From: Chrysomallon squamiferum
Taxonomy: Eukaryota > Animalia > Mollusca
Assembly: GCA_012295275.1 (NCBI GenBank)
Contig: CM022677.1
Coordinates: 27,342,001-27,406,000 of the forward strand
DNA length: 64,000 nucleotides
Direction of reading: 5' to 3'
Shown here: piece after piece, positions 44,522-62,451 of the stretch
Layout: the number at the start of each line of letters is the position of its first letter
Numbering within the stretch: the first letter of the stretch is position 1
Program-made: the position numbers and the translations under genes
The notes under the pieces: generated by a model
Databases searched by the model: none
What the model was told of the DNA's origin: nothing
What the model saw: the letters and a program-made list of their open reading frames with translations, nothing else

Positions 44522-44655
44522 TAAGCATTGATCAAGAAAATCAGAATTATCAGAAAATGGGCTTTACATGTGTTTTATTTTTCATGGTTTATTTTATATT
44601 TGTGTGTGTGTTTGTGTGTGTGTGTTTGATGTACATATCTACCTATATTTATCTA

Positions 44656-44702
<47 letters not shown>

Positions 44703-44954
44703 CATCGAGAAAAGTATAATTTTCACAAAAATGGGTTTTAGAAGTGTATTAATGTGTATCTCTCAAATCATATTCTTGATTACTTTTCATTATTTATTTT
44801 ATATTTTGAATATCACTATCAGTGTGTTTGTGTGTGTGTAAAGCCTTGATTTATTTTTTTTATTTTTTTTATTATTTACATATTTATTTATTTAACTTTT
44901 TATTTGTATATTTTTTAATTTAATTATATTTTATTTAATATTTCTTTATTTACG

Positions 44955-45006
<52 letters not shown>

Positions 45007-45318
45007 TTATATTAATATTTCTACTGGAAAAAAAAAAAAAAACCAGATTCATAATTTGACAAGAAAACATTCATAAATTCAAAAATGTCTTTGTTTATAT
45101 TTTATTTATTAAAGTTTACTTTATTTTCATTATTTTTCTCATTCCAACCAGTGCTGTATGTCTGACATAAGAAAAGAATCAAATTTAAATTTATCAAAAG
45201 TAAGTTTTTTTTGGATATATATATATATATATATGTATAGTAATTCATATTTAGGTATTTGATTTTTAGTTAGTGTTAAAAATTTGAACAAATATAAGCT
45301 TGTATGTTAAAATCTGTT

Positions 45319-45358
<40 letters not shown>

Positions 45359-45611
45359 TAAATGTAAAATTCATAAATATTAACTGCAAGAAATATTAAA
45401 GATTAAAAAATGTTGAAAGATTTTTCAAAATCATATTTTATCTTCTATGATGAATTTCCAACAAAAAAAAAAAAATTAAAATAAAAAAGATATAAAATTA
45501 ATGAAATTCAAAACATTATTTTTGTTCAATATTAAAATGTGTGAAGGGTGTTTGTAATTTTTTTTTTAATTTCAGGGAAGTTCTTGGTTGTCTTGCCATA
45601 AATGATTGTCT

Positions 45612-45650
<39 letters not shown>

Positions 45651-45742
45651 TTTTGACTGACCTCAAATTCAAAATGTTTTCTTAAAAGTCATTTGTTTAT
45701 CAAATTTGACTATTATTTAGTGTTTATTTTTGTGTCTCATTT

Positions 45743-45802
<60 letters not shown>

Positions 45803-46303
45803 ATATAAACAGATTCTGACTTTGTATTGGCGATCATGTGAAGATATATATATATATATATATAAAAAAAACTAACGTTATAGTCATATATATATAGTAT
45901 AAAAACCACATTCCATTATAAATTTTTCAGAAACTGTTTATGTGTTTCAGTATTTCATATGAAATTTACAATAAAATTTACTGATTTTTCATTTCTTTCA
46001 TGTTCTGGAGTATTGTCATTAACACACACAGACTCAAAACATTCACACGTTCATGCATTTATGTATTATTTTTAAACTGAACATTTTTATTAAACATTCC
46101 ATCTGCTATGTACCGTTTTGGAACAAAAGTATTAAAAATATTTAATTACTGTAGAAATTGTAAAATAATGTTTTTGCATGTCTACAACACATTGCTCCCT
46201 ATAAATGTAAAATATGAATAGCAGATATAATATTTTATTAATTTTTGTTTTTTTAATTTCTTTTAATTTTTTTATACGTTTTTGTTACAGCTAGCCTTTT
46301 TTC

Positions 46304-46381
<78 letters not shown>

Positions 46382-46641
46382 TATTATTATTACTACTATT
46401 ATTATTATTATTACAACTACTACTATTATTATTATTATTATTATTTTCTTTTAAAACTGTACAATCTAGCTAAGTTTATGAATACAACTTTTATATGTAT
46501 TCGTGAATGAGTCTGTTTATGTACGTGTGTTGTATGCGTGCGTGCCTGCGTGTGTGTGTACGTGCTTTCATTGTTTCTGAAATGTTAGTCGAATACTTAT
46601 TAGTGTTGTTATTATTATGACTACTAGTACTACTACACTTC

Positions 46642-46690
<49 letters not shown>

Positions 46691-46913
46691 GTTTTGTTAT
46701 AATTATTAATACTGCAAAAATCAGAGTTATTAGGAAAGTATTACTGCACAAATTAAATTTAATTCGAGTAACTTTAAACTACTCCAAAATTGCTGTTTGT
46801 AAACCTTTTTCAACACCTTTTACAGTTTCTGAATTAAATAATTCAAATATTAACATGTGGTTGTGTTTTCATTGGCATGGCAAAACGTATAACTGTTATA
46901 TTCCATTTTGTTT

Positions 46914-46952
<39 letters not shown>

Positions 46953-47018
46953 TTTTTTATTTATTTTTTAATTGTGTGTGACGTTATTGTTTTTCCCCGA
47001 AATACATTGTACGTAAAA

Positions 47019-47720
47019 CCGCCATTTTTTTTTTTTTTTTTTATCTTCTAAAAGTCGCAACTCGAACAAACGTGTATTATGAAAAAATTAAATTTAGTCT
47101 TTAGCTCTATATAATATTTTATAATTATTTATATTTTATAATTAAAGTGATATTGGAATTTCACAGCTTGCAAAATGTCTGTTAAACGCTACGGACTAGT
47201 GAAACAAAATGGTCGTCGCGTATTGCATTATGGGATAGGTTACGTTTTATTGGTGACGTCATAGAAAACGAGGACTATTCTTCGCAGTAATGAGTAAAAA
47301 CATTCCTTACTTGATATACGACTACGTCAAAACAAGATCTTTTTATTTTAATTTCAACGTCATAAACAGGTTAAAAATAAAATATTTCGTCTTTCCTTCT
47401 TATCCCATGTTACTAATTTAACCAGCTTTTAAAGCTGTTGGTTTCCTAAATCTTAAATACCTGGGTTAACAACCAAGTATTAAAGTCAATGACCTAGTGA
47501 CGTCATCGAGCTACTGACGACGTAATCTCAAAATCGATGACGTAAGACTTAAAACCATTGATTTAACAAGTTACTGAAGTCTCTGAAAGCAGTTACTTTA
47601 TTTTATTCATGAAGCCGCTGAATTTCCACGTATGTCTTTAAGTACTTGAATCAAACATGTTTTAAAGACATTTATCTTAACAAATTCTTAATGTCGTCTG
47701 CAACCAAACCGGAAAGTCAC
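47019..47720. promoter_or_regulatory. Orphan promoter-like island (YY1, Staf/ZNF143-like, two CREs)
   Basis: CCGCCATTTT at 47019-47028; minus-strand TCCCATAATGCAATACG at ~47219-47236; TGACGTCA at 47254-47261 and 47498-47505. Confidence 0.45.
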
Positions 47721-47835
47721 TGATTTAAACACGTTTAAAAGACAAGGATTTGATAATGATCAGAATATACTGAGCAAATCAAGTTTCAAAGCCAATTGTT
47801 TAAACTGTTATAGAGCTACTGACTTAATACAACAG

Positions 47836-47914
<79 letters not shown>

Positions 47915-47926
47915 TCAAACACTAAA

Positions 47927-48010
<84 letters not shown>

Positions 48011-48151
48011 CATATGTATACAAGAAAAATAATCGATGAAATTAACATTGAACATATACTTTTGAAAATACGAACTAAAATATGAATCGCATTTTTGTTA
48101 TGCGCGCACACACACACACAAACACACGCACATTCACGTTCATTATTATTG

Positions 48152-48198
<47 letters not shown>

Positions 48199-48770
48199 GG
48201 GCTTAATCACTATGAGTCAGTACACCAAGTTTAATTTTGACAAAATACATAAACACTACAAACAAACACCAGTACACAAGTTTAATTTTGACAGACACAT
48301 AGACACAGACATAGACATACATACACACCACACATACACACACGTATACAAACACACACACACACACACACATACACACACAAACACAAACCCACTCATT
48401 TCAGAGCTCTTTCAGATATAAATTTATTCTCGCTCCAACTGACAGTTTGTCATGTTGCATATGCAAATTAAAATTTCAAACTGAATACAGCGAGTTAACA
48501 AGCTGGAATCTTCACCACTTTTCCAGGTCATTTGTATGAAATAATATTTTAACAAGGAATTTTACATACTAGTACTTATAACTGCAAGGAAATGTAGCTA
48601 ATTAGTAAACAGTAACTGGAAGTTCATAAATATATTTACTAATAAAGAAAACAATTTAATGAATTAATTAATTCATTAAATTGACTGACATAGATTAAAT
48701 AAATAAATGTATATATATATATATATATATATAAATATTATTCCAAGTCTTATATATATGTGTGTGTGTG

Positions 48771-48839
<69 letters not shown>

Positions 48840-49030
48840 GCGCGCGTATATATATATAAATATTATTCCAACAAGGGTTCCATTATGTTTGATAAAAATA
48901 GTAAATATTTCTCTGTCAGATTTCCTGTCATTACAGTAGGTATCGGTTTAAACAACATTCTTAATGATATATAAAAGTTACGACTAGATACACTTCAACA
49001 TTCTAGGTCACGTGACTGGTCAGTGAATCT

Positions 49031-50790
49031 CCATAAACTAGAGTAATAGTACAGTGTTGTTACTTAAATATCACGTAATAAACCACAGTAATAGTACAAC
49101 GTTGTTACGTAATTAACACATAATAAACTATAGCAATAGTACAGTGTTGTTACGTAAATAACACGTAATAAACTATAGCAATAGTACAGTGTTGTTACGT
49201 AATAAACTATAGTAATAGTACAGTGTTGTTACGTAATTAACACGTAATAAACTATAGTAATAGTACAGTGTTGTTACGTAATAAACACGTAATAAACTAC
49301 AGTAATAGTAGTGTTGTTACGTAATTAACACGTAATAAACTACAGTAATAGTACAGTGTTGTTACGTAATAAACTACAGTAATAGTACAGTGTCGTTACG
49401 TAATAAACTATAGCAATAGTACAACGTTGTTACGTAATTAATACGTAATAAACTATAGTAATAGTACAGTGTTGTTACGTAATTAACACGTTATAAACTA
49501 CAGTAATAGTACAGTGTTGTTACGTAATTAACACGTTATAAACTATCGTCATAGTACAGTGTTGTTTCGTAATTAACACGTAATAAACAATAGTAATAGT
49601 ACAGTGTTGTTACGTAATTAACACGTAATAAACTATAGTAATAGTACAGTGTTGTTACGTAATAAACACGTAATAAACTACAGTAATAGTACAGTGTTGT
49701 TACGTAATTAACACGTAATAAACTATAGTAATAGTACAGTGTTGTTACTTAAATAATACGTAATAAACTATAGTAATAGTACAGTGTTGTTACGTAATTA
49801 ACACGTAATAAACTATAGTAATAGTACAGTGTTGTTACGTAATTAACACGTAATAAACTATAGTAATAGTACAGTGTTGTTACGTAATTAACACGTAATA
49901 AACTATAGTAATAGTACAGTGTTGTTACGTAATTAACACGTATAAACTATAGCAATAGTACAACGTTGTTACGTAATTAACACGTAATAAACTATAGTAA
50001 TAGTACTTGTTGTTACGTAATTAACACGTAATAAACTATAGTAATAGTACAGTGTTGTTACGTAATTAACACGTAATAAACTACAGTAATAGTACAGTGC
50101 TGTTACGTAATTATATTAATAACACGTAATAAACTATATTAATAGTACAGTGTTGTTAAGTAATTAAGACGTAATAAACTATAGTAATAGTACAGTGTTG
50201 TTATGTAATTAACACGTAATAAACTATATTAATAGTACAGTGTTGTTACGTAATAAACTATAGTAATAGTACAGCGTTGTTACGTAATTAATACGTAATA
50301 AACTATAGTAATAGTACAGTGTTGTTACGTAATTAACACGTTATAAACTACAGTAATAGTACAGTGTTGTTACGTAATTAAAACGTTATAAACTATCGTC
50401 ATAGTACAGTGTTGTTACGTAATAAACTACAGTAATAGTACAGTGTTGTTACGTAATTAACACGTAATAAACTATAGTAATAGTACAATGTTGTTACGTA
50501 ATAAACACGTAATAAACTATAGTAATAGTACAGTGTTGTTACGTAATTAACACGTAATAAACTATAGTAATAGTAGTGTTGTTACGTAATTAACACGTTA
50601 TAAACTACAGTAATAGTACAGTGTTGTTACGTAATTAACACGTAATAAACTACAGTAATAGTACAGTGTTGTTACGTAATTAACACGTTATAAACTACAG
50701 TAATAGTACAGTGTTGTTACGTAATTAAAACGTAATTAAAACGTAATAAATCACAGTAATACTACCGCATTTTTATTACGTAAATATTAC
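49031..50790. repeat. 45-bp minisatellite taataaactatagtaatagtacagtgttgttacgtaattaacacg (~40 units, some 33-bp variants), most units containing GTTACGTAAT
   Basis: Direct inspection; head-to-tail units with no unique spacers. Confidence 0.95.
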
Positions 50791-52136
50791 GTAATAATGA
50801 GATATTGTTATATTAAAGTGATATGGAACTGATACTAAAACCATTAATGTATTTTGTTTATTATTTTAGTTTTATTGTCATAGAAATTTAATATCCTATT
50901 TGTGTGTTGTGTTGTTTTATTATTATTTTTTCAATTTATTCGTGTGTGTTGTTATGAATGTTTGTTTTCTTCTTCTTCTTTTTTTTTTTTGTTTTTGTTG
51001 TTGTTTGTTGTTGTTGTTATTATTGTTTGTTGTTGTTGTTATTGTTGTTTTCTTCCTGTAATACTTTTAACAGCATATGTTAATAATGTGTTTATGTATT
51101 TCTGTGTAGTTGTGTGTGTGAATGTGTGTGTGTGGATGCAATGCATGCAAGCAGTATGTTTGTATGTATGCATGTATGTATGTATGTATGTATGTATGTA
51201 TGCATGAATGTAGGTATGTTTGTATGTTTGTATGTATGCATGTATGTATGTATGCATGAATATGTATGTATGTACGCATGCATGTTTGTATGTCTGCATA
51301 TGTATGTATGTAAGTGTGTTTGTTTTTGGAATTGTCTGTATCTGTTAGTATGTTTGTCTGACTGTCTATGTGTGTGTGTGTGTTTGTCTGTGTGGATGTG
51401 GATGTGTATGTGCATGTGTGAATGAATGTGTGTGTCTTTATGTGTGTGTGTGTGTCTGTATGTGTGTATGTATATGTTCGTGTGATTGTGTTGGTGTCTG
51501 TGTATGTGTGAGTGTGTGTTTGTGTGTGTACGTATGTGTGTATGTATGTGTGTGTGAGTGTGTGTGTGTGTGTGTATGTATGTGTGTGTGTGTGTGTCTG
51601 TGTTTGAAGAAGCTTTTATAACCACGTGCAGCAGCTGGGTGACATGTTCAGTGTGTGATGTTTTATGCTGAATCTAACTGCAGGGGCAGTCTACATATCA
51701 CAAACCAACTTTCTCTTTTCTTCCTTCTTCAAAAAAGAGATTTGAAAAATTTTAATCAAAGCCTGAACTTCATGCCCCTGACATTAACATGAATCTGTGA
51801 AAGATATTTAAAAATCCAAACACGTCATTAGCTGAATTCTTGATTATACTGATATCACTGCCATGCAGTTTAACGTAGAAATGCTACACACATACACACG
51901 CATAACACACACACACACACATACACAGATGTAGCTATGCTGAAACACGCACACAAGTAGAGAGAGAGAGAGAGTTACGCGATGAGACACATTTTTTATT
52001 TTTTTTTTCCCTAGGTCAAACAGATTCTGACTTTCCTCTACCCCCATCTCAAATCCTTACCCAGCTAGAACTGTCTGAAAACTAAATTAAAATTTAAACG
52101 AGTCCTGTTGAATTATGTATTTGGTGATCATGTGAA

Positions 52137-52171
<35 letters not shown>

Positions 52172-52267
52172 AAAACAAAGCGTCGTGATAGTCATATGAT
52201 AAATTTATATTTTAATATTAATGGGTTTTGGGGGTTTGTTGTTTTTTTATTATGAATGTTTCATAAT

Positions 52268-52382
52268 CACGTGCACACATTCGCTTACGTGGCATGCGTG
52301 GTAAGTCCTGTATATAAGGAATGCGCGTCAGGTTCTGATGCAAATTTCACAGCAAACACCTGCAAATTATAACACGCGAAAG
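52268..52382 (+). promoter_or_regulatory. Core promoter and non-coding exon 1 of the secreted precursor gene
   Basis: E-box CACGTG at 52268-52273, TATATAA at 52311-52317, donor AAAG|gtaggt at 52382. The matching acceptor tatttcag ends at 55078, 34 nt before the ATG. Confidence 0.6.
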
Positions 52383-53646
52383 GTAGGTTCTGAAACTGCT
52401 GTTTTAAACTCAAGTGTTGCGAGCTAGCATGAGTTTATTTATTTTATTTTATTTTATTTTATTTCATTTTATTTTATTTTATTTCGTTTTATTTTATTTT
52501 ATTTTATTTTATTTTATTTTATTTTATTTTATTTTATTTTATTTCATTGCATTTTATTTTATTTTATTTTATTTCATTTTATTTTATTTCATTTCATTTC
52601 ATTTTATTTTATTTTATTTATTTCATTTTATTTCATTTAATTGTTTTTCAATTTATTTTATTTTATTTCATTTTATTTCATTTTAGTTTCGTTTCGTTTA
52701 GTTTTGTTCACTTTAAAACATATTTGGAAATAAATACAGTATTATAAATGCACTATTTAAGGTTTAACAAAGAATGGATTTTATTTAGTTTTATTTTATT
52801 TTATTTTGTTTTATTTTATTTTATTATATTTCAGTTTAGTTTTGTTTTGTTCATTTTTAAAACATATTTGGAAATAAATATTGTATTGTAAATGCAGTAT
52901 TTAAGGTTAACAAAGTTTGGATTTTATTTTATTTTATTTATTTTATTTCTTTTACTCTCTTTTTTTTATTTCATTTTACTCTATTTTATTTCATTTCGTT
53001 TAAATTCAGTTTAAAATATATCTTAATAGGCTGCAGAAGATTTCCTATGGAATATTTCAGTGTTTTAACTGGTTCTGTAAATAATGTTATCCGTTAAAAA
53101 TATTCGGATAAACCCCAATCTCATTTCAATTATTTACATTGTTTGTTTTTGTTTCACTTTATTTCAGTATATATATTTTTTTATGTTATGTATTAATTAA
53201 TTAATTTATTTAATGTTTCCCTCTGCCTGTAAATTGCAGAAGAGAAAATATTGTCAATTTTAATTATAATTTTTTTTTTTAAATTATATATTTGTTGATT
53301 AAGTAATTAAACAAACTTATTAAATTAGAAAAACGGATCAGAAATAAAAATTTGTAAAAATCTAGCAAAACGCATGATCAGTCTATGTACACCAAACATC
53401 TTTTTTTTCAACGAAACAGTTTTCAAAATAATGTCACTGGTTCCAGTAGACGGATATGCGACAGAAGTGCCCCCTGGTTTTGTCCGAGAACGAGACTGTC
53501 GCAGACAAGCTTCATAACTCACTAACTCACTCACTCACTCGAAGCATGTCAGAACTCACCTTAATTAACCAAAAAACAAAGAAAAACAAAAACAAAAACC
53601 CTAAAACCCCCAGTAAATTATTTGAATATATTTTAACAAATCCTGA

Positions 53647-53681
<35 letters not shown>

Positions 53682-54022
53682 CAGTTGGTAACAACAGCCT
53701 TCGGTTATCTCCCTTTAAATAGTAATATTACACCTTGACATACAAAGAAACAATCTTCGGCAGTGCTGTCGGTGATAACTGACTAAGTAACACAAAGAAT
53801 TCTTCTGTGCATACCATACACAAAAAAAAAAAAAAAAGATCTAAAAAGGTTACGAATTTATATATAAAAAAAAAAAAAAAAAAACGAGCATTAGTTAGAA
53901 CGGGTAAACACTGAGTATCACAGCTAAACAGATTGGATCTCAAATATCTCAGGATAATTCACTGTCTGATAGACACGACAACGTAATAATATTATAATTC
54001 TTAGTAATGAAACGTACAGTGT

Positions 54023-54069
<47 letters not shown>

Positions 54070-54201
54070 TTTTAGTTGGTGGATTATTTGTTTGTTTGTT
54101 TCCTTAGTTTATTAGCTAATAAGTTACTTATTGATTTGTATATTTACTTACATAATTTTTATTGATAATAATAGGACAGTTTATAGTAGTAGTAGTAATA
54201 G

Positions 54202-54299
<98 letters not shown>

Positions 54300-54302
54300 G
54301 TA

Positions 54303-54370
<68 letters not shown>

Positions 54371-54789
54371 AGCAATAATAATAATAATAATAATAATAAT
54401 GATGATGATGACAAGGAACATTTTTACACATATTTTAATTATTAATCTATTTTTATTTTACTAACTCGCTTTCCTGTTTACTTATTCATATCTCACTTTA
54501 TTCATGATGTTTTTTATTTAACACATCTCACCCTCTGTTTATCAAGTTGTTTATCAGTTTATTTACTTACTAGCCTATCCTTTTCTTTACTTATTTACTT
54601 GCTTACGTATCAGTGTCTTTATTTATCTAATTATTTATCTAATTATCTAATTATTTTTTATGATACTTTATATTTATATATTTATTTAATTTCTATTTAT
54701 TTATTTAGCTATGTTTCAGTCTATTTATGTAATTAATCTCTGTTCATTTACCTAGTTATATGTAACAATTTACTGTAGATATTTTATAT

Positions 54790-55078
54790 TTATTTATTTA
54801 GTTAATTTCTATTTATTTTCCATTTCCTCTCGTTAACATATTTTACGTTTATTTATTTAGTTAATTTCTATTTATTTCCCATTTCTTCTCGTCAACATAT
54901 TTCATGTTTATGTATTTACTTAATTTCTATTTATTTCCCATTTTCAAATTAACATATTTAATGTTTATTTATTTACTTAACTTCTATTTATTTCCCATTT
55001 TCAAATTAACATATTTAATGTCTATTTATTTACTTAATTTCTATTTATTTTCCATTTCCTCTCGTCAACATATTTCAG
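54790..55078 (+). repeat. ~57-bp tandem repeat x5 whose last unit ends in the splice acceptor of the precursor gene
   Basis: Units of the form tttatttatttagttaatttctatttattttccatttcctctcgt(t/c)aacatattt; the final unit ends ...catatttcag. Confidence 0.8.
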
Positions 55079-55081
55079 CAA

Positions 55082-55112
<31 letters not shown>

Positions 55113-55115
<3 letters not shown>

Positions 55116-55709
55116 CTGCTACTGCTCATAGCTACCGTCGCCATAGCGACGTACTCCGAAGCCAGATACGTCAGCAACGTTCAGAGCAACCTCGACTCTT
55201 TCGACAACCCCGACTACAACGTGGACACCGAGGAAAACTCACAGTTCATCGACAAGAGAGACGCGGCTCTGTCTAAACTCGAGGACATGGCGAAATCCTT
55301 TCTGAAGTCGACGAACAAGAACGAGTTCATAAAACGAAACAGCATGGACGAGTTCCAGACGTTGGTGGACGACTACATGTACTCGGAGAGAGACGTGAGG
55401 GACGCCGACAACGAGAACGACATCAGCGAGTTCAAGAAAAGAGCCAGGAACGCCATTCTGCAGAAGAACGTGGACAAACGGCACGTAAGAAACGCCGAGC
55501 ACCACCTACCACAACTGACTGAGTCGCTGTATCCTAGCTACAACAATCTAGCACAAGACACTGAGTCCCTGTTGTCGGGCTACGACAAGATGCAAGATCT
55601 TCAACAAGACGTGGAGCCGATGATGGACGATTATAACAATCGGCCTGAACAGACTGAGCCACTGGACGACTACGCCTCGATTGCACACAAGAAAACGCAT
55701 AAAAATTAA
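55113..55709 (+). CDS. Secreted acidic prohormone/neuropeptide-precursor-like protein, 198 aa, single coding exon
   Basis: High-complexity, GC3-rich ORF. Signal peptide MLLLLIATVAIATYSEA. Convertase-type sites DKR, IKR, RDVR, KKRAR, KRHVR. AATAAA at ~55733. Family not recognised. Confidence 0.85.
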
Positions 55710-55749
55710 TTTGATGTTGCTGTTTTATTCGAAATAAAACGGGAATAAC

Positions 55750-55782
<33 letters not shown>

Positions 55783-55812
55783 CATTATTATTATTGTCAT
55801 TATCATTATCAC

Positions 55813-55891
<79 letters not shown>

Positions 55892-56175
55892 TATTTTTAT
55901 TTTTATTATTATTGTCATAATCATCATCGTCGTCGTGATCATCATTTCCATCATCGTCATCATCATCATCATCAGTATAACTGTGCCATAACACTCACCC
56001 ACCCGCACTCACATACACACCTATACACATACACATATATATACACATACACACACATACACAGATACAAACACATTTACATTGCACGCAAAGATGCACA
56101 CACACACTGACACATACAAAAGCTGGTAAAAGAAAACACGTGATATCTAACTTGACGTCATATACATTACTACTG

Positions 56176-56206
<31 letters not shown>

Positions 56207-56328
56207 TGCAACTGTTTGATGGTGTTGTCGGTTCTATATATTCTTTGTTTGAAGAAAGAGATAAACAGAAAATCAAACTCATCGTTATTCAAAATGACAA
56301 ACAGAACCTTATCAATACAAGCACATCA

Positions 56329-56364
<36 letters not shown>

Positions 56365-57781
56365 TCTCATTTGTAACTATGTCTGTCTATCTGTTTGTAT
56401 GTTTGTTTATAAAAATGTATGTATATATGTATGCATGCACGCATGTATGTATGTGCGAGTGTTTGTCTGTCTGTCTGTCTGTCTGGGTAAATGTACGTAT
56501 GTACGTGCATATATTTAAAAAACAAACAAAATACAAATGAATCATTTCTTTAATTTGTTACTTTTCTTGATTCTCCACTTCGTTCAATTTACAAAGAATT
56601 AAAAAATTACTTTACTGTAACAAGTCGTTAACACTATTACTGTAACAATCCATACATGATGACAACCACGTGGACGCCGTGTCCCCGTCGTCGTAGCTTT
56701 CGAGAATCGCAGACGAAAAGCTGCTGACGTCACGCATCGCGCGGACGTCACTGAACTAACTATACCTCAAAGAAAAAAACGTAAATACAATTCACAAACT
56801 AATGCTGACACTACACAATCGACACGCAAATTTTTTAGTTGCTTGCGTCTTCATAATTTTGATAGTCTTTGTCGTTGATGTTGCTGTTGTTTTTACAGTA
56901 TTTTTTAGTTGCAGTATCTGTTGGTTTTGTTTTTGTTAGTTGTAGTAATCGGAGTAGTAGTTTCTGTTGTTACGTTATTGTTGCAGTTTTTGTTTTGTTT
57001 TAGTGTAGTAGTAATAGTAGTAATAATAACAGTTATTGTTGTAATAGCAATAGTAATAGTAATAATAGTAACTGTTATTGTAGTAGTTGTAATTGTTGCC
57101 GTAGTTGCGTTTGTTGTAGTTCTTGAATAAACTACTAGTAGGTTTTGTTGCTGTTGTTTTTATTGCTGTAGTAGTAGTTACTATTATTGTGGTTGTAGTT
57201 CTTGTAGTGATGGTAATAAATCATAGTAATTGTTGTTGTTGTTGTTGCTGTAGTTGTAACTGGTGTTGATGCCCTAGTTCATGGTGTTGCTTATGCTACA
57301 GAGGACCCGTTTGTAACGTGGATATAAAACCAGTGCGCGTAAAATAATAATAAAAATAATAATAATGGTAATAAAAATACTACTACTACTACTACAACTA
57401 TTACTACTACGACTACTACTACTACTACTAATAATAATAATAGTAATAATGGTAATAAAAATACTACTACTACTACTTCTACTACTACTATTACTACTAC
57501 TATTACTACTACTACTACTATTACTACTACTACTACTACTACTACTACTAATAATAATAATAACGTCACGTGTTTTACAGACAATCAACGCTGACGTCAC
57601 ATTTAAAATATATGAACGTATATTGCATAATACAGTCGATCATTATCCAGCATTAACAGTCGTTACATGAGGTTTGAATTATGTAGGAGAAATTACTCAC
57701 ACACACACAAACATATACACATGCGTACGCACGCATACATACATACAGAAACACATCGACACGCCCATACCGCCATACCCC

Positions 57782-57823
<42 letters not shown>

Positions 57824-58121
57824 GCACACTCAATCACTGACTATCCAAGTCGACCATCATTTCGAACGCATATTCATACTGAATACAACATTAAGAACGA
57901 AAAAAAAAAAAACATTTTGATTTGTCGGCAAACTCCGGCAAACATTTCCGGAAACGTCCGTTTAAAAAAAAAAAAAAAAAAAAAAAAGGACATTGATCAT
58001 CGTCAGGACTTCGGGTACACTCGTAAAAGTTTCGTAAAACTCCGTTAAACGTAGACTTCGGGTACACTCGTAACGTTACTAAACGAGTTCGTAAAAATTT
58101 CGTAAAACTGTTGTTTTAACG

Positions 58122-62451
<4,330 letters not shown>

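Noticed and set aside
49031-50790. CRISPR-like array of 45-bp partly palindromic repeats
   Set aside because: Units are head-to-tail with no unique spacers, there are no cas genes, and the context is eukaryotic; it is a minisatellite.
55083-55112. Poly(A) run directly before the precursor ATG as a retroposition scar or translational element
   Set aside because: Similar long A/T runs occur throughout the window, and no target-site duplication is visible.
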